Source: Pyrodictium abyssi
GTDB lineage: Archaea; Thermoproteota; Thermoprotei_A; Sulfolobales; Pyrodictiaceae
Reading direction: 5' to 3'
Length of the DNA: 32,000 nucleotides
NCBI RefSeq assembly: GCF_036323395.1
Contig: NZ_AP028907.1
Coordinates: 840,001-872,000, forward strand
The notes beneath the pieces were generated by a model that made no database searches, was not told the DNA's origin, and saw nothing but the letters and a program-made list of their open reading frames with translations. Position numbers and translations under genes: made by a program. Positions 19,923 to 28,865 of this stretch are shown piece after piece; the first letter of the stretch is position 1; each line of letters opens with the position of its first letter.

Positions 19923-20273
19923 GATCTTGCCGAGGCTGGAGCTGAGCCTCCGCAATTCCGCAAGCACAAGACTACGTGGCGGCCACTGCTCTACAGCAAT
20001 GTTGAGTTTTCTGCTACACTGCTTGCAGACACGTACTACGGGGTTCACTTGTATAGAGCATGACTCGCATACAGGGCTACCACATACGTTACAGCTCGCC
20101 ACTGCCAGCTCTACGCCACATACGCGGCAACGCGCTTCGCTACATACTATGCATGTATCTCCACTCCAATCGTTCTCGCATACGCTGCGGCCACAGACGG
20201 GGCAAGTGTATCTCGCGGGAGCAGCCCAACAGACATCGCATATAGCTGGGCTGTGTTCACTACTCTTCTTCAT
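19911..20273 (-). CDS. Cys-rich multi-zinc-ribbon/B-box-like protein
   Basis: Seven CxxC pairs plus a single Cys in 120 aa. Confidence 0.7.
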   Translation of the reverse strand: MKKSSEHSPAICDVCWAAPARYTCPVCGRSVCENDWSGDTCIVCSEARCRVCGVELAVASCNVCGSPVCESCSIQVNPVVRVCKQCSRKLNIAVEQWPPRSLVLAELRRLSSSLGKILRA

Positions 20274-20721
20274 CTATTTCTTCCACCTCTTCCTCTGGGG
20301 ACTCCTCTGCCTCCTCTTCTACGGGTTCTAGCTTGCTACGCCTAACCTGTAGTGATGCTACAACAGACTCTGCTAGCTCCTTTACCCTCTCTAGTTCTGT
20401 CTTGCTCCTGGCGTATATTGTAGCCCTATACTTGTCTGGACCGTCCGGCTCTATGGCTACTACCGCGTCCCCGGCCGCCATGTACATTTTCGTTGCAAAC
20501 CTGCTAACCTTTGTAGCAGGCACGTTGACCTCATCCTTGTACCTCATACCGTTCACGGGGAGCTTCTCAACACTCTCAGCCACCATACCGTATGGTGCTG
20601 TGCTGCGTGTTTTCTGGCGGCCGCGTTTGCGCCGCTGTTGCTGTATAGTGTATACCTCCTTGAGCAGCAGCCACGTGTCACCGTGTTTTATCAGCACCTT
20701 CAAATCGCTCCCCACCTGCAA
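20260..20721 (-). CDS. hypothetical protein with acidic C-terminal tail
   Basis: ORF track; co-directional overlap with the downstream ORF. Confidence 0.6.
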   Translation of the reverse strand: MQVGSDLKVLIKHGDTWLLLKEVYTIQQQRRKRGRQKTRSTAPYGMVAESVEKLPVNGMRYKDEVNVPATKVSRFATKMYMAAGDAVVAIEPDGPDKYRATIYARSKTELERVKELAESVVASLQVRRSKLEPVEEEAEESPEEEVEEIDEEE

Positions 20722-20786
20722 GTAGTGGCGCTCTATTAGTATTAAGAATGACCTTCATAGGCTAGATGGGCTGTATAATCACACGG

Positions 20787-21101
20787 TCAATCTGTGTATA
20801 GTACTCCAAGCCTATCGCCTATCACTCCTTTACGCACTAGGTTCTCATAGGTACGCCATATACGCTTCACAGTAACATGTCTTACGTCAAAACCCTTCTC
20901 TGCTAGTATCTCGAGTACATAGTCGGGGAACTCCTCAGGGTGGCCAACAAAGCTTCTGGCAGCTTCCACCACGGCTTCAGCCACATCACGTGAACTAGGA
21001 TATGGTTTCATCCTTCTTCTCTGCCTAGGGTATATGGTCTTCTCGGCCTCTAGAACCTCCTCGAGTACGTCTTCCGGAATATAGTCTAGTCTATCGCTCA
21101 T
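20787..21101 (-). CDS. conserved hypothetical, HTH-like helical protein
   Basis: ATGA overlap with the nmd3 stop; protein-like composition. Confidence 0.65.
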   Translation of the reverse strand: MSDRLDYIPEDVLEEVLEAEKTIYPRQRRRMKPYPSSRDVAEAVVEAARSFVGHPEEFPDYVLEILAEKGFDVRHVTVKRIWRTYENLVRKGVIGDRLGVLYTD

Positions 21102-21844
21102 CGCCTTCTCTCCTCTAGGTGAACAGATAACACTAGCCGCCTCCTCATCCTCCCACGAGAAGTGACTCCAACATCTTCTCCGCTACTATGCACTCTCAGT
21201 CTGTAATGCTTCTTCAGTTGCCGTACTATTTTCGACGCACTACCCCTATCCAGCAGCAGAAAGTCAACACCATTACTGTACTCTATTATGTCCACTATCG
21301 ACCCCATTATCTGGCTACTCGCCTCTATTACAGGCGAGAGTAGCTCGGCGAGCTTCTTAGGCGTCTCTCCCCGCACCTGCAGAAGAACATTGTAGTCGCC
21401 ACCCCTAACGTCCTTGCATGCTGGGCAGATCGTTGGCTTTGCCCTCACATCTATACTATACTGTACGGAGACCGGCGAGTCTATACCCCGGAGCTTCACA
21501 GAGAATGTTGCACGGTATATCGTCCGCCAGGAGGGCATCGTCACAGGCTCGACCGATACAAGGCTATACTCTGCAACGTCGCTACTACAAGGAGTTACTC
21601 TTTCTGAGAGGTACCACTTGAGAAACTTGCTTGAGGCTGCGTCCAGCTCGCCGCCTTCAACCCACTTGTGTCCCGCCCTTATCGATCCGCAGTGCTTACA
21701 GTACTCGAAGCTTACCCGGCCGGGGGCACAGAGCACTCTATGCGTCTCTAGGTAGCAGCTGAGACAGAGAGGGCCTATGCTTTCGTGCTCGCTGAGAAGC
21801 CTACCACATCTTGCACATATACGCTCCATCCTCGTTATTCCCAT
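21098..21844 (-). CDS. archaeal NMD3-family protein
   Basis: CARCG...CLSCY...CKHCGS...CPACKDVRGGDYNVLLQVRG zinc-binding N-terminus typical of NMD3. Confidence 0.82.
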   Translation of the reverse strand: MGITRMERICARCGRLLSEHESIGPLCLSCYLETHRVLCAPGRVSFEYCKHCGSIRAGHKWVEGGELDAASSKFLKWYLSERVTPCSSDVAEYSLVSVEPVTMPSWRTIYRATFSVKLRGIDSPVSVQYSIDVRAKPTICPACKDVRGGDYNVLLQVRGETPKKLAELLSPVIEASSQIMGSIVDIIEYSNGVDFLLLDRGSASKIVRQLKKHYRLRVHSSGEDVGVTSRGRMRRRLVLSVHLEERRR

Positions 21845-21955
21845 AGAAGGGCCTATTATGCTGCCGGAGTCCTAATACCCTTCTCCACCCTTGCCCAGCT
21901 TCTGGAGTGAGCCGGGGAGACAGTGATGAGATAGACCCGGTTTGAGCCGCCTAAG

Positions 21956-21974
21956 AGGGGCCTCTGTGGCCCCT
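21956..21974. other. hairpin AGGGGCC-TCTGT-GGCCCCT
   Basis: 7-bp perfect stem, 5-nt loop, in a 252-nt intergenic region. Confidence 0.5.
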
Positions 21975-22096
21975 AGAGGCTATGAAGTATCCTAGTCCAG
22001 CTGAGGCTCTCGGCACACCACGGTTTATCTCGGGTGTTACCAGCCCGGCAAACCTATCCCCTTCTATGAGGCCATATCTTGCCCTGGGGATAGTCC

Positions 22097-22591
22097 GTGT
22101 CAGCTATAGATACCGGGCCGGGCGTCAACACCGTACAGCCTCACGTGCTGGGAAGCACTGACGGCCGGGAAGCCTTAGATGACATAGTGCACGAGATAGC
22201 CATAGTAGCTTCTATGAGCTCAATGCTAGATGGGATAGGGGTGCCGTGTGCTGAGTGCAAAGAACACTTCTACATGCTGCTAGCGGAGTGGGCTAGGCTC
22301 ATAGATGCAGAATACGTCGAGAATGCCGCCGTGCTAGCCGCGGACAAGAAGAGAGATGCTACTGCCCTCGTAGACGTCTGGGGCGAAGAGGGCTTCAAGA
22401 TGGTCTTGAGCTACGTGGGATCGGACTCCTGCAGTGTTGAACTCCTAAGGGAACTGGTTGCAGAGATTACAGATGCACTAGCGTTCAGCGAGGATGCGGC
22501 TCGAGAGTTTAAAGAGATGGCCTCCAGCGCGACGTGCAAGGAGCTACGCGGACTAGTGATGCTCGCACTAATGGTTCCGCCGAGGGGCTAG
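22097..22591 (+). CDS. hypothetical protein (start uncertain)
   Basis: ORF track; credible protein from about codon 18. Confidence 0.55.
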   Translation: MSAIDTGPGVNTVQPHVLGSTDGREALDDIVHEIAIVASMSSMLDGIGVPCAECKEHFYMLLAEWARLIDAEYVENAAVLAADKKRDATALVDVWGEEGFKMVLSYVGSDSCSVELLRELVAEITDALAFSEDAAREFKEMASSATCKELRGLVMLALMVPPRG

Positions 22592-22595
22592 ACCC

Positions 22596-22913
22596 TTGGG
22601 TTATGCGAGACTAGACTTGCTGTATGTCGTTAGCAAGCTCTCGGAGGCCGCTATACGGAAAGCTACCGGGCTTAGCTATGGCCTCAACGATGTACCCCGG
22701 AGCCTCAGAGACGCTGGCGAAGAGATCGTTGAGAGAGTAGCAAGCCAGCTTGTGGTGGATGACGAGGACACGCTACGGTGCAAGATATGTGGTAGGGGGC
22801 CCTTTACCCGTAAAGGCTTGTATCTCCATATTAGGCGCGTACACCTGGACATAGTCTACGATATAGTTAGGAGCGAGCTAGAGACGTATCTCTGGAGGCT
22901 GAAGAACACGTAG
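22596..22913 (+). CDS. small C2H2 zinc-finger protein
   Basis: CKICGRGPFTRKGLYLHIRRVH; TTG start. Confidence 0.7.
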   Translation: MGYARLDLLYVVSKLSEAAIRKATGLSYGLNDVPRSLRDAGEEIVERVASQLVVDDEDTLRCKICGRGPFTRKGLYLHIRRVHLDIVYDIVRSELETYLWRLKNT

Positions 22914-22998
22914 GTAGCGGGTCTGAAGGGGTGGAGCACGCTCATCGCCCAACTCCAAGCTAGGTGGAAGTGAGTGGGCTCGCCACTGGAGTCTATCT

Positions 22999-23475
22999 TC
23001 ACCCCCTCAAAGCGGTACGGGTAATTACTCGTATGCCTCTATCAGTTTCTATGACTACGCCCCACACGTCTTTAGGCAGATCTATCCTCCCTATGGATAC
23101 GTAGAACTTCTCACGCGGTGTCGCCTTCCTAAGCTGGTCCACCGGCCGCGTACCTTCTATACCATTATCAATCACTCTTACCGAGATCAGCCTTGCTGGC
23201 CGCAGAAAGAGAACCAGCCCGTCTAGCGTAGCAAAGCCGGAGGACTCTACCTCTTCGCCGCGCGAGTTATACTTTACAACCTCGACTACATAGCCCGGAG
23301 TTTTCGAGTACCTCTCATGCAAGTCGCTTACGACATCTATGACTTCTGCAGCGTCGAATTCCAGCTCCTTCTCGAGCCTAAGCACAGTCATTTTTACGCC
23401 AGCGATACCTATGTCTACAGCCTTGTAGAGCCTGGCAACACTCTTCGAACGAGGCATTTCCACTACACCCTCCAC
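22999..23475 (-). CDS. hypothetical protein
   Basis: Long ORF with protein-like composition. Confidence 0.6.
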   Translation of the reverse strand: MEGVVEMPRSKSVARLYKAVDIGIAGVKMTVLRLEKELEFDAAEVIDVVSDLHERYSKTPGYVVEVVKYNSRGEEVESSGFATLDGLVLFLRPARLISVRVIDNGIEGTRPVDQLRKATPREKFYVSIGRIDLPKDVWGVVIETDRGIRVITRTALRG

Positions 23476-23765
23476 GCCTAGATGCTTCGTGTCCCGGCTA
23501 CTAAGTATGATTGCCGGTGCAATCCATCTGCTTCTAATACGCCTACATTGCTGATACTCTAGCTACAGGATTCCGGCCCTTCCCACATAAGCCGATGGCT
23601 CACCCCTATAAGGGGGTCGGGCTAGTCTCTTATCTGGCGTTGCAGGTGGCGGCCCTGTGAAGACGAACCTCCATGCGCAACTACGGCGGGACTGACCACG
23701 CTCTATAGCTAAAAGGCCGGGTGTGACGACTCAGCCGGGCCTCGAGGGCCGCCTCGTATTGTTCG

Positions 23766-24266
23766 CTACTTCTTGTAGCCTATCTTCCGTAGGAAGAGTC
23801 TTCTCTCGGCAATGTCATCTTCCGTTTCAACTCCTACGGGGGGATAGCCGTCTACTACACCAATGACGCCTCTCCCCTGGCTTGTCTCCGCTACTAGAAC
23901 TTGCAGCGGATTGGCCGTAGCAGCGAAGACTCTTACCACCTCTTGCACGTTCTTTATAGCGTTAAGCACGTTTATGGGCCAGGCGTTCTTGATATAGATT
24001 ACGAACACGTGGCCTGCTGAGATCCTCTTCGCTGCTTCTACCGCAAGCCTTTGCAGCTCATCGTCGTTGCCCTCGTATCGTATTAGCCTCTTTTGGCTCG
24101 CTTCGCAGAACGCTATGCCGAACTTTATTCCCGGGACACTCGTTACTAGGGCTTCATAGAGATCCTCAAGCGTCTTTATGAAGTGTGCTTGCCCGACTAT
24201 CACGTTGACGCCTTCGGGCACTGGGATATCGACTACATGTATTTTTACCTCTTGTTGGTTAGCCAC
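23766..24266 (-). CDS. adenosine-specific kinase (DUF355 family)
   Basis: [20 protein letters not shown]...FGIAFCEAS...[37 protein letters not shown]. Confidence 0.9.
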   Translation of the reverse strand: MANQQEVKIHVVDIPVPEGVNVIVGQAHFIKTLEDLYEALVTSVPGIKFGIAFCEASQKRLIRYEGNDDELQRLAVEAAKRISAGHVFVIYIKNAWPINVLNAIKNVQEVVRVFAATANPLQVLVAETSQGRGVIGVVDGYPPVGVETEDDIAERRLFLRKIGYKK

Positions 24267-24503
24267 GAGCCAAGCACCCCTCTCAAACAGTGCCGTGCAT
24301 CTTCAGTCTTCAGGGGATACCCGGGTAGCATCTAGCAGTACAGCACAGCTTATTCCTTACTATACTAATATCACAATATTTATCGATAGAGTAGATTTTA
24401 TGCCGTGCTTAGCAGGTGGATGCGGTGCGCTCAAGTTGTCAGCGTCATCGCACAACCTGTACCGGGTTGGGGTAAATTTTAGAGTCATAGAGACGTAGTC
24501 TAT

Positions 24504-25142
24504 ATGCGGTATTGGGGTGGACGAGGTATGGCCCTACAGCGGCCCAGGAGGCTAGACTTTCTGAGGCATATAGTGAACCGGATACTAGCGGAATCGGGTG
24601 CTTCAAGACAACTAGTAGACGACATACGTAGGATGGTTGGGAGGGCTGAAGATAAGTATAAGTTTAACGCTTTCGGCGGCAACGTAGAAAGACTGGCAGA
24701 CTATCTGCGCAGCCGTGACTTCGACGACCTAGTGACGCTGGTACGCGCTGACCGAAGTGGCCAAGGAATTGAACTGCTCAAGCGTATACTTGAAGAAGCT
24801 AAGAAGGCATATAGCGATGTACCAGGGGTTGTTGAAGCCATAGAGGCTAGGCTTAGGGAACTCGAGTCGCATGAAACATCAAAGACTAAGAGCAAGGCTG
24901 CAACACTCCATACTGTACTTAAAGACCTAGAGAAGCTCCAAGCCAAGGTAGAGTTCGACGAGGAGAGGAACGAAGTCCGGGTGACAGCACTGGATGGCAA
25001 GTTTACTGCAACGGTGAGCTACGACGAGAAGAGCAACGCCTTCACACTCGTATACAGAGCCGAAGGTACTGTAGAGCTTTCATCGCCAAGCGAGGTTCAA
25101 GAGTACCTAAAGAAGATGCTATCAACGCTACAAGGCAAGTAG
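24504..25142 (+). CDS. hypothetical protein (start may be ATG 24528)
   Basis: Long ORF, protein-like composition. Confidence 0.65.
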   Translation: MRYWGGRGMALQRPRRLDFLRHIVNRILAESGASRQLVDDIRRMVGRAEDKYKFNAFGGNVERLADYLRSRDFDDLVTLVRADRSGQGIELLKRILEEAKKAYSDVPGVVEAIEARLRELESHETSKTKSKAATLHTVLKDLEKLQAKVEFDEERNEVRVTALDGKFTATVSYDEKSNAFTLVYRAEGTVELSSPSEVQEYLKKMLSTLQGK

Positions 25143-25160
25143 CTCCTAATCCTAGAGTTT

Positions 25161-26255
25161 CTAGTCCGCTGTTTGCTTGGCAGACTTTTTGCGGCCAAAT
25201 AGTGCTAGGAGGCCTTTCAACACGTATCGTATACTAGTAAGCTTCCCGTTGAGCCATGCTTCTATGAAATCGTCGTCCAGGTTTTCAAACACTCTCTTGA
25301 GGCCTGCGCCACCTAGTAAGGACGCCATTTTAAGCATCAGTGAATGCAATTTCACTTCCTGAGCAAGAGGCTTTACCTTATTCATGTACTTATTCACGTC
25401 GAGTACCACGTCCCCGTTTTCCTCGATTTCTATGGCGTCCGCGAGCGCTGCTGCAGAGAGCACAGCAGGACGTATCCCTTCACCACCTAGACTCATTATC
25501 AGCCCCGCAGCCTCGCCAACCTTTATCACGTTTCCTTGCGGCGTATACTCTATCTGGGGGTATATGGTCACTAGAGAGTATGCCTCATGAGTAGGGTTTA
25601 GGCTTTTGCCAGCGACTTTCTCTATCATTTTAAGAGCGTGCTCTCTGGGGCTGCTAACACCTACAAATCCGCCGCCTATATTGAGCATGTCACCGTGGGG
25701 GAATATCCAGGCTAAGCCTAGTCTTCTACCGCTCAATGCTAGGTAAACACTATCATCGTCAAGACCAGGGTTATCGGCATATGCCCTCCATACCAGTATC
25801 TTTACGCCCTTAGACGAGTATGGCCCCCTTGCATCAACCACTATGCTGTACTGCCGTGCGAGCTTCAAAGGTGTTACACTCTTATGGACTATGTTTAAGT
25901 TCCTTCGTATCTTGTTTACCCAGGAACTTTTCTCTATAGAGTACCAGAGGGTGTATGCCGACTCATACTCTCGTACAATATTATCTCCAACAATGAATAC
26001 GAACCTCTTGATCCTGTTTACTACTTTGGGTATTTCTACTCCAAGTGACGGTAGGATAGTGTCAACTAGCCGGGTCGGAACAACTTCTCCACACGGCTTG
26101 GTGTAGGATCGCAACATGTCATAAATTGTTATGTCGAGGACGTTTTTGCTGACTAGCAGCTGTGCGAGCACTGATCCAGCGACGCCAGCCCCTACTACGG
26201 CTACTCCGGCTCTACTCACGGTATACGCCCAGCTACTGGGATTCTGCGTACGCAT
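25161..26255 (-). CDS. geranylgeranyl-reductase-like FAD-dependent oxidoreductase
   Basis: VAVVGAGVAGSVLAQLL Rossmann motif, YTKPCGEVVP, GWIFPHGDMLNIGGG-like segment (AWIFPHGDMLNIGGGFVG), GEAAGLIMSLGGEGIRPAV. Confidence 0.85.
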   Translation of the reverse strand: MRTQNPSSWAYTVSRAGVAVVGAGVAGSVLAQLLVSKNVLDITIYDMLRSYTKPCGEVVPTRLVDTILPSLGVEIPKVVNRIKRFVFIVGDNIVREYESAYTLWYSIEKSSWVNKIRRNLNIVHKSVTPLKLARQYSIVVDARGPYSSKGVKILVWRAYADNPGLDDDSVYLALSGRRLGLAWIFPHGDMLNIGGGFVGVSSPREHALKMIEKVAGKSLNPTHEAYSLVTIYPQIEYTPQGNVIKVGEAAGLIMSLGGEGIRPAVLSAAALADAIEIEENGDVVLDVNKYMNKVKPLAQEVKLHSLMLKMASLLGGAGLKRVFENLDDDFIEAWLNGKLTSIRYVLKGLLALFGRKKSAKQTAD

Positions 26256-26452
26256 ACTAATCAGCAGAGCGCGGTGGGCTCCGGTGCTGGGTGCGTATCT
26301 GGCATGCTGATAAAGCTAGTTACATGGATGCACCCGTAACATATTTGGGGCGCCAGAGTTAAAGATGGGGATTGCTGCAGTGTAAGCATGGTAATCAGCA
26401 GAGTGCAGTCGTTTTTGGCTAACGCTGCCTTAGCCGTCTATACGCCCAGACT

Positions 26453-26785
26453 ATGAACGTGGTGATAGCCGTGGCCGGCACACGCATATCCAATGAGGAG
26501 CTGGATAAGATTCTAAGCCAGGCCGAGGAAAAGGAGCGTAAAGACCCTAAGAAGAGATGGATAACACGTATGATGCGTAGCGCTAAGCAATATCACAAGA
26601 TGTGCCCATACTACGACAAGCGTACTGGCAAGTGTTTCCTAAAGCTTGGCGAGAAGTGTGAACGCGACGGCAAGTTCGACGGCTGCCCAGTATTCATAGA
26701 ATGGCTTTCACAGAAGTATGACGAGCTGAAGTCAAAGGGCAGACCCCTACCAATGGACTTCCTCGACTTGACGTTATCAGTCTAA
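26453..26785 (+). CDS. hypothetical Cys-containing protein
   Basis: CPYYDKRTGKCFLKLGEKCERDGKFDGCPVFIEWL; ORF track. Confidence 0.6.
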   Translation: MNVVIAVAGTRISNEELDKILSQAEEKERKDPKKRWITRMMRSAKQYHKMCPYYDKRTGKCFLKLGEKCERDGKFDGCPVFIEWLSQKYDELKSKGRPLPMDFLDLTLSV

Positions 26786-26918
26786 CACGGTAACATACTA
26801 TAGCTGTCAACCACTCTCCCAGCAACAGCCACAATTCTGTTTATTGCACGAGCTCCAGTTATTGCCGCAAAATGCTTAACGTCTTTTTAGCATAATATTC
26901 TCATGGCTGTAGTCTGGC

Positions 26919-27311
26919 TTAGTTTACTATTCTGAGCCCATTACCCACCAACGCTATAGCCGTGATTATACCCATAGCAGCCGCCATCGATGTCAGCATG
27001 GTATTCCTGCCTTCTTCAAGCAGAATGTTTGGCAGGGTAAATATGGCTATGAGCTTTAGTGGAAGAGTGCTAGCCGCAACTATTGCTGCAACGTTAAACA
27101 AGTACGGAGAATAGAGTATCACTATCCTCCTAAGTCCCTGCGGATCACCATCGACTCTGACAGAGAGGGAAGGAAGTATGCCGTCAGACGCTATATACAT
27201 CCGTGCTCTATACCCAAGCAGCCGGGCAGACACATAGTGCAACATCTCGTGAACAACCATATACAATATCGACCATGTAGCCAGGCTAACATAGACCTCT
27301 ATAATGTTCAC
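26919..27311 (-). CDS. membrane protein with HExxH motif (putative metalloprotease-like)
   Basis: VVHEMLHYVSARLLG plus multiple hydrophobic segments. Confidence 0.65.
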   Translation of the reverse strand: MNIIEVYVSLATWSILYMVVHEMLHYVSARLLGYRARMYIASDGILPSLSVRVDGDPQGLRRIVILYSPYLFNVAAIVAASTLPLKLIAIFTLPNILLEEGRNTMLTSMAAAMGIITAIALVGNGLRIVN

Positions 27312-27441
27312 AGCTAACCCCTAGCCGCATAAGGGAGCCATAACATCTCAAAAGCGTTGGCATGAAACTTTTACCTGCGTCTTAGAAGCTGTGGTGCGTT
27401 AAGAGAGGCGAAACTTCTCATGCTCCTATAAAACGTGAACA

Positions 27442-27750
27442 CTAGATGTAGTATGCGTAGTATCTTCCCTCTTCGTCACTTTCGACGATACCCTCCTCAG
27501 CCAGCTTGTTGAGTGCATAGCGTATCTTGTCTTCGCTTGCCAGGCCCGAGAGTATGGAATGAAGTTCACGTACAGTCATCGGTCTTTCCCTGAGGAGGCG
27601 TAGAATTATGTCTCTTAACTGGTCCTCGTTCGGGGCCACAACCACAACTACTTCTTCGTCTTCATAGAGCTTGTGGAGGACAATGTCTTTGTTGTATACG
27701 TAGGTTTCCTGCTCCTCGGTATAGTTGTTCTGCCTAGGGCTGACCGACAC
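27442..27750 (-). CDS. winged-helix DNA-binding protein
   Basis: LLRERPMTVRELHSILSGLASEDKIRYALNKLAEEGIVESDEEGRYYAY. Confidence 0.7.
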   Translation of the reverse strand: MSVSPRQNNYTEEQETYVYNKDIVLHKLYEDEEVVVVVAPNEDQLRDIILRLLRERPMTVRELHSILSGLASEDKIRYALNKLAEEGIVESDEEGRYYAYYI

Positions 27751-27923
27751 GGCCCCACGCCTCCGGGGTTTATAGCCGCACGTCTACACCCTTATATAGG
27801 GGTTAGATTATGGCCTTATGGTCGCTCATCATACAGTCTAGATGAATCTGCGTATTATTTTCCCGGAAACTACCTCGGCAAAGCATTCTGCCTTGTAACT
27901 GTATCTGAGGGGATGTATCGTCT

Positions 27924-28301
27924 ATGACGCTTAGACTGCGAACGAATCTGCTAGGGCTCTGCGGGCAGCTCGAGGCCCTCAGAGTTAACCTTGAACGATA
28001 TAGGGATAGGTATAGCGCAAAACTTTCAAGCATTAACCCCTCCGAAGACCCTGGAGCCGAGAGACTTAGGACTATCATATCGAGAATACTCGAGAACATT
28101 GACGGTGTCACGAGGGCTGTTGACAATATAAGCAATCTTGTATGCTCCGGCGAGCCCTCAATAGCATCCATTGTAAAGGCTTACCACATAGCAGACAGGA
28201 CCTACTACCGGTTTATCGTAGGCCGTGACGCACCCATACCAGCGTCTATAAGGTCAGCGTTCTACGAGATATATAGGACGCTTAAATTAATGGCTATATA
28301 G
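27924..28301 (+). CDS. hypothetical helical protein
   Basis: ORF with regular heptad-like helices; preferred over the antisense ORF. Confidence 0.5.
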   Translation: MTLRLRTNLLGLCGQLEALRVNLERYRDRYSAKLSSINPSEDPGAERLRTIISRILENIDGVTRAVDNISNLVCSGEPSIASIVKAYHIADRTYYRFIVGRDAPIPASIRSAFYEIYRTLKLMAI

Positions 28302-28309
28302 CATCTGCC

Positions 28310-28377
28310 GCGGGGTCAACGGCCTAAAGCGTCGTCACCACTATTATCAGTAGAGGCCTTTACCTATCATCCCCCAC
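28310..28377 (-). ncRNA. probable C/D box sRNA with 16S-directed D guide
   Basis: Minus strand: GTGGGG G ATGATAG (C-like) GTAAAGGCCTCTA CTGA (D') TAATAGTG GTGACGA (C'-like) CGCTTTAGGCCG TTGA (D-like) CCCCGC. About 68 nt, terminal stem, TATA-like element 27-33 nt upstream, guide complementary to 16S GGCCTAAAGCG. Confidence 0.55.
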
Positions 28378-28403
28378 ATACTTCACCGGCTAAGACAGTT
28401 TGA

Positions 28404-28410
28404 TTATATA
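28404..28410. promoter_or_regulatory. TATA-like element TTATATA, possibly divergent
   Basis: Spaced suitably for the minus-strand sRNA candidate (28377) and for the plus-strand gene at 28451. Confidence 0.45.
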
Positions 28411-28450
28411 GCTTCCAGCCGTTTCCGGGCTAGCATAACGGGGCCGAGGC

Positions 28451-28810
28451 TTGCAGCTAATCGACATCATCCGTACCAGCCTCAGAGCCGCGAAGGTCCC
28501 AGGGCAAGTGTCAGCTAAGGCTATAGCGCTCGTGGAGGAGGTACTAGAGACCTACAACATAAGGAGCACCAAGGAGCTCTACGAGCTACCCGACTGGAAC
28601 TTATGGCTTATACTAATCAAGTCGCTACTATCACCGCTCGCTAGAACTCTGCGCAAAGAGGGATACTGCCATGCTAACAGCTTCCTGGTAGGCGCCCTCA
28701 TGACTCTCGACGAGCGGATAGCAACTATGATACGAGAATGGGTTAAAGCCAGATGTGGCGCCGGCAATGATCCATGCTGCAAGAATCCTCCATGCTGTAA
28801 CATAGTCTAG
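28451..28810 (+). CDS. hypothetical protein with Cys-rich tail (RCGAGNDPCCKNPPCCNIV)
   Basis: ORF track; structured helical body plus terminal Cys cluster. Confidence 0.6.
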   Translation: MQLIDIIRTSLRAAKVPGQVSAKAIALVEEVLETYNIRSTKELYELPDWNLWLILIKSLLSPLARTLRKEGYCHANSFLVGALMTLDERIATMIREWVKARCGAGNDPCCKNPPCCNIV

Positions 28811-28865
28811 GGCCCCAGTCTCCACTAAGCGTTACAGCCATTTCTGATGCGCTCTACCGGGGAGA

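Noticed and set aside
27823-27829. Exact ATGATGA C box on the minus strand upstream of the winged-helix gene
   Set aside because: No CTGA-like box at 10-14 nt and no terminal stem; likely chance.
27803-28171. 122-aa minus-strand ORF
   Set aside because: Overlaps the more protein-like plus-strand ORF 27924-28301; Ser/Leu-rich antisense translation.
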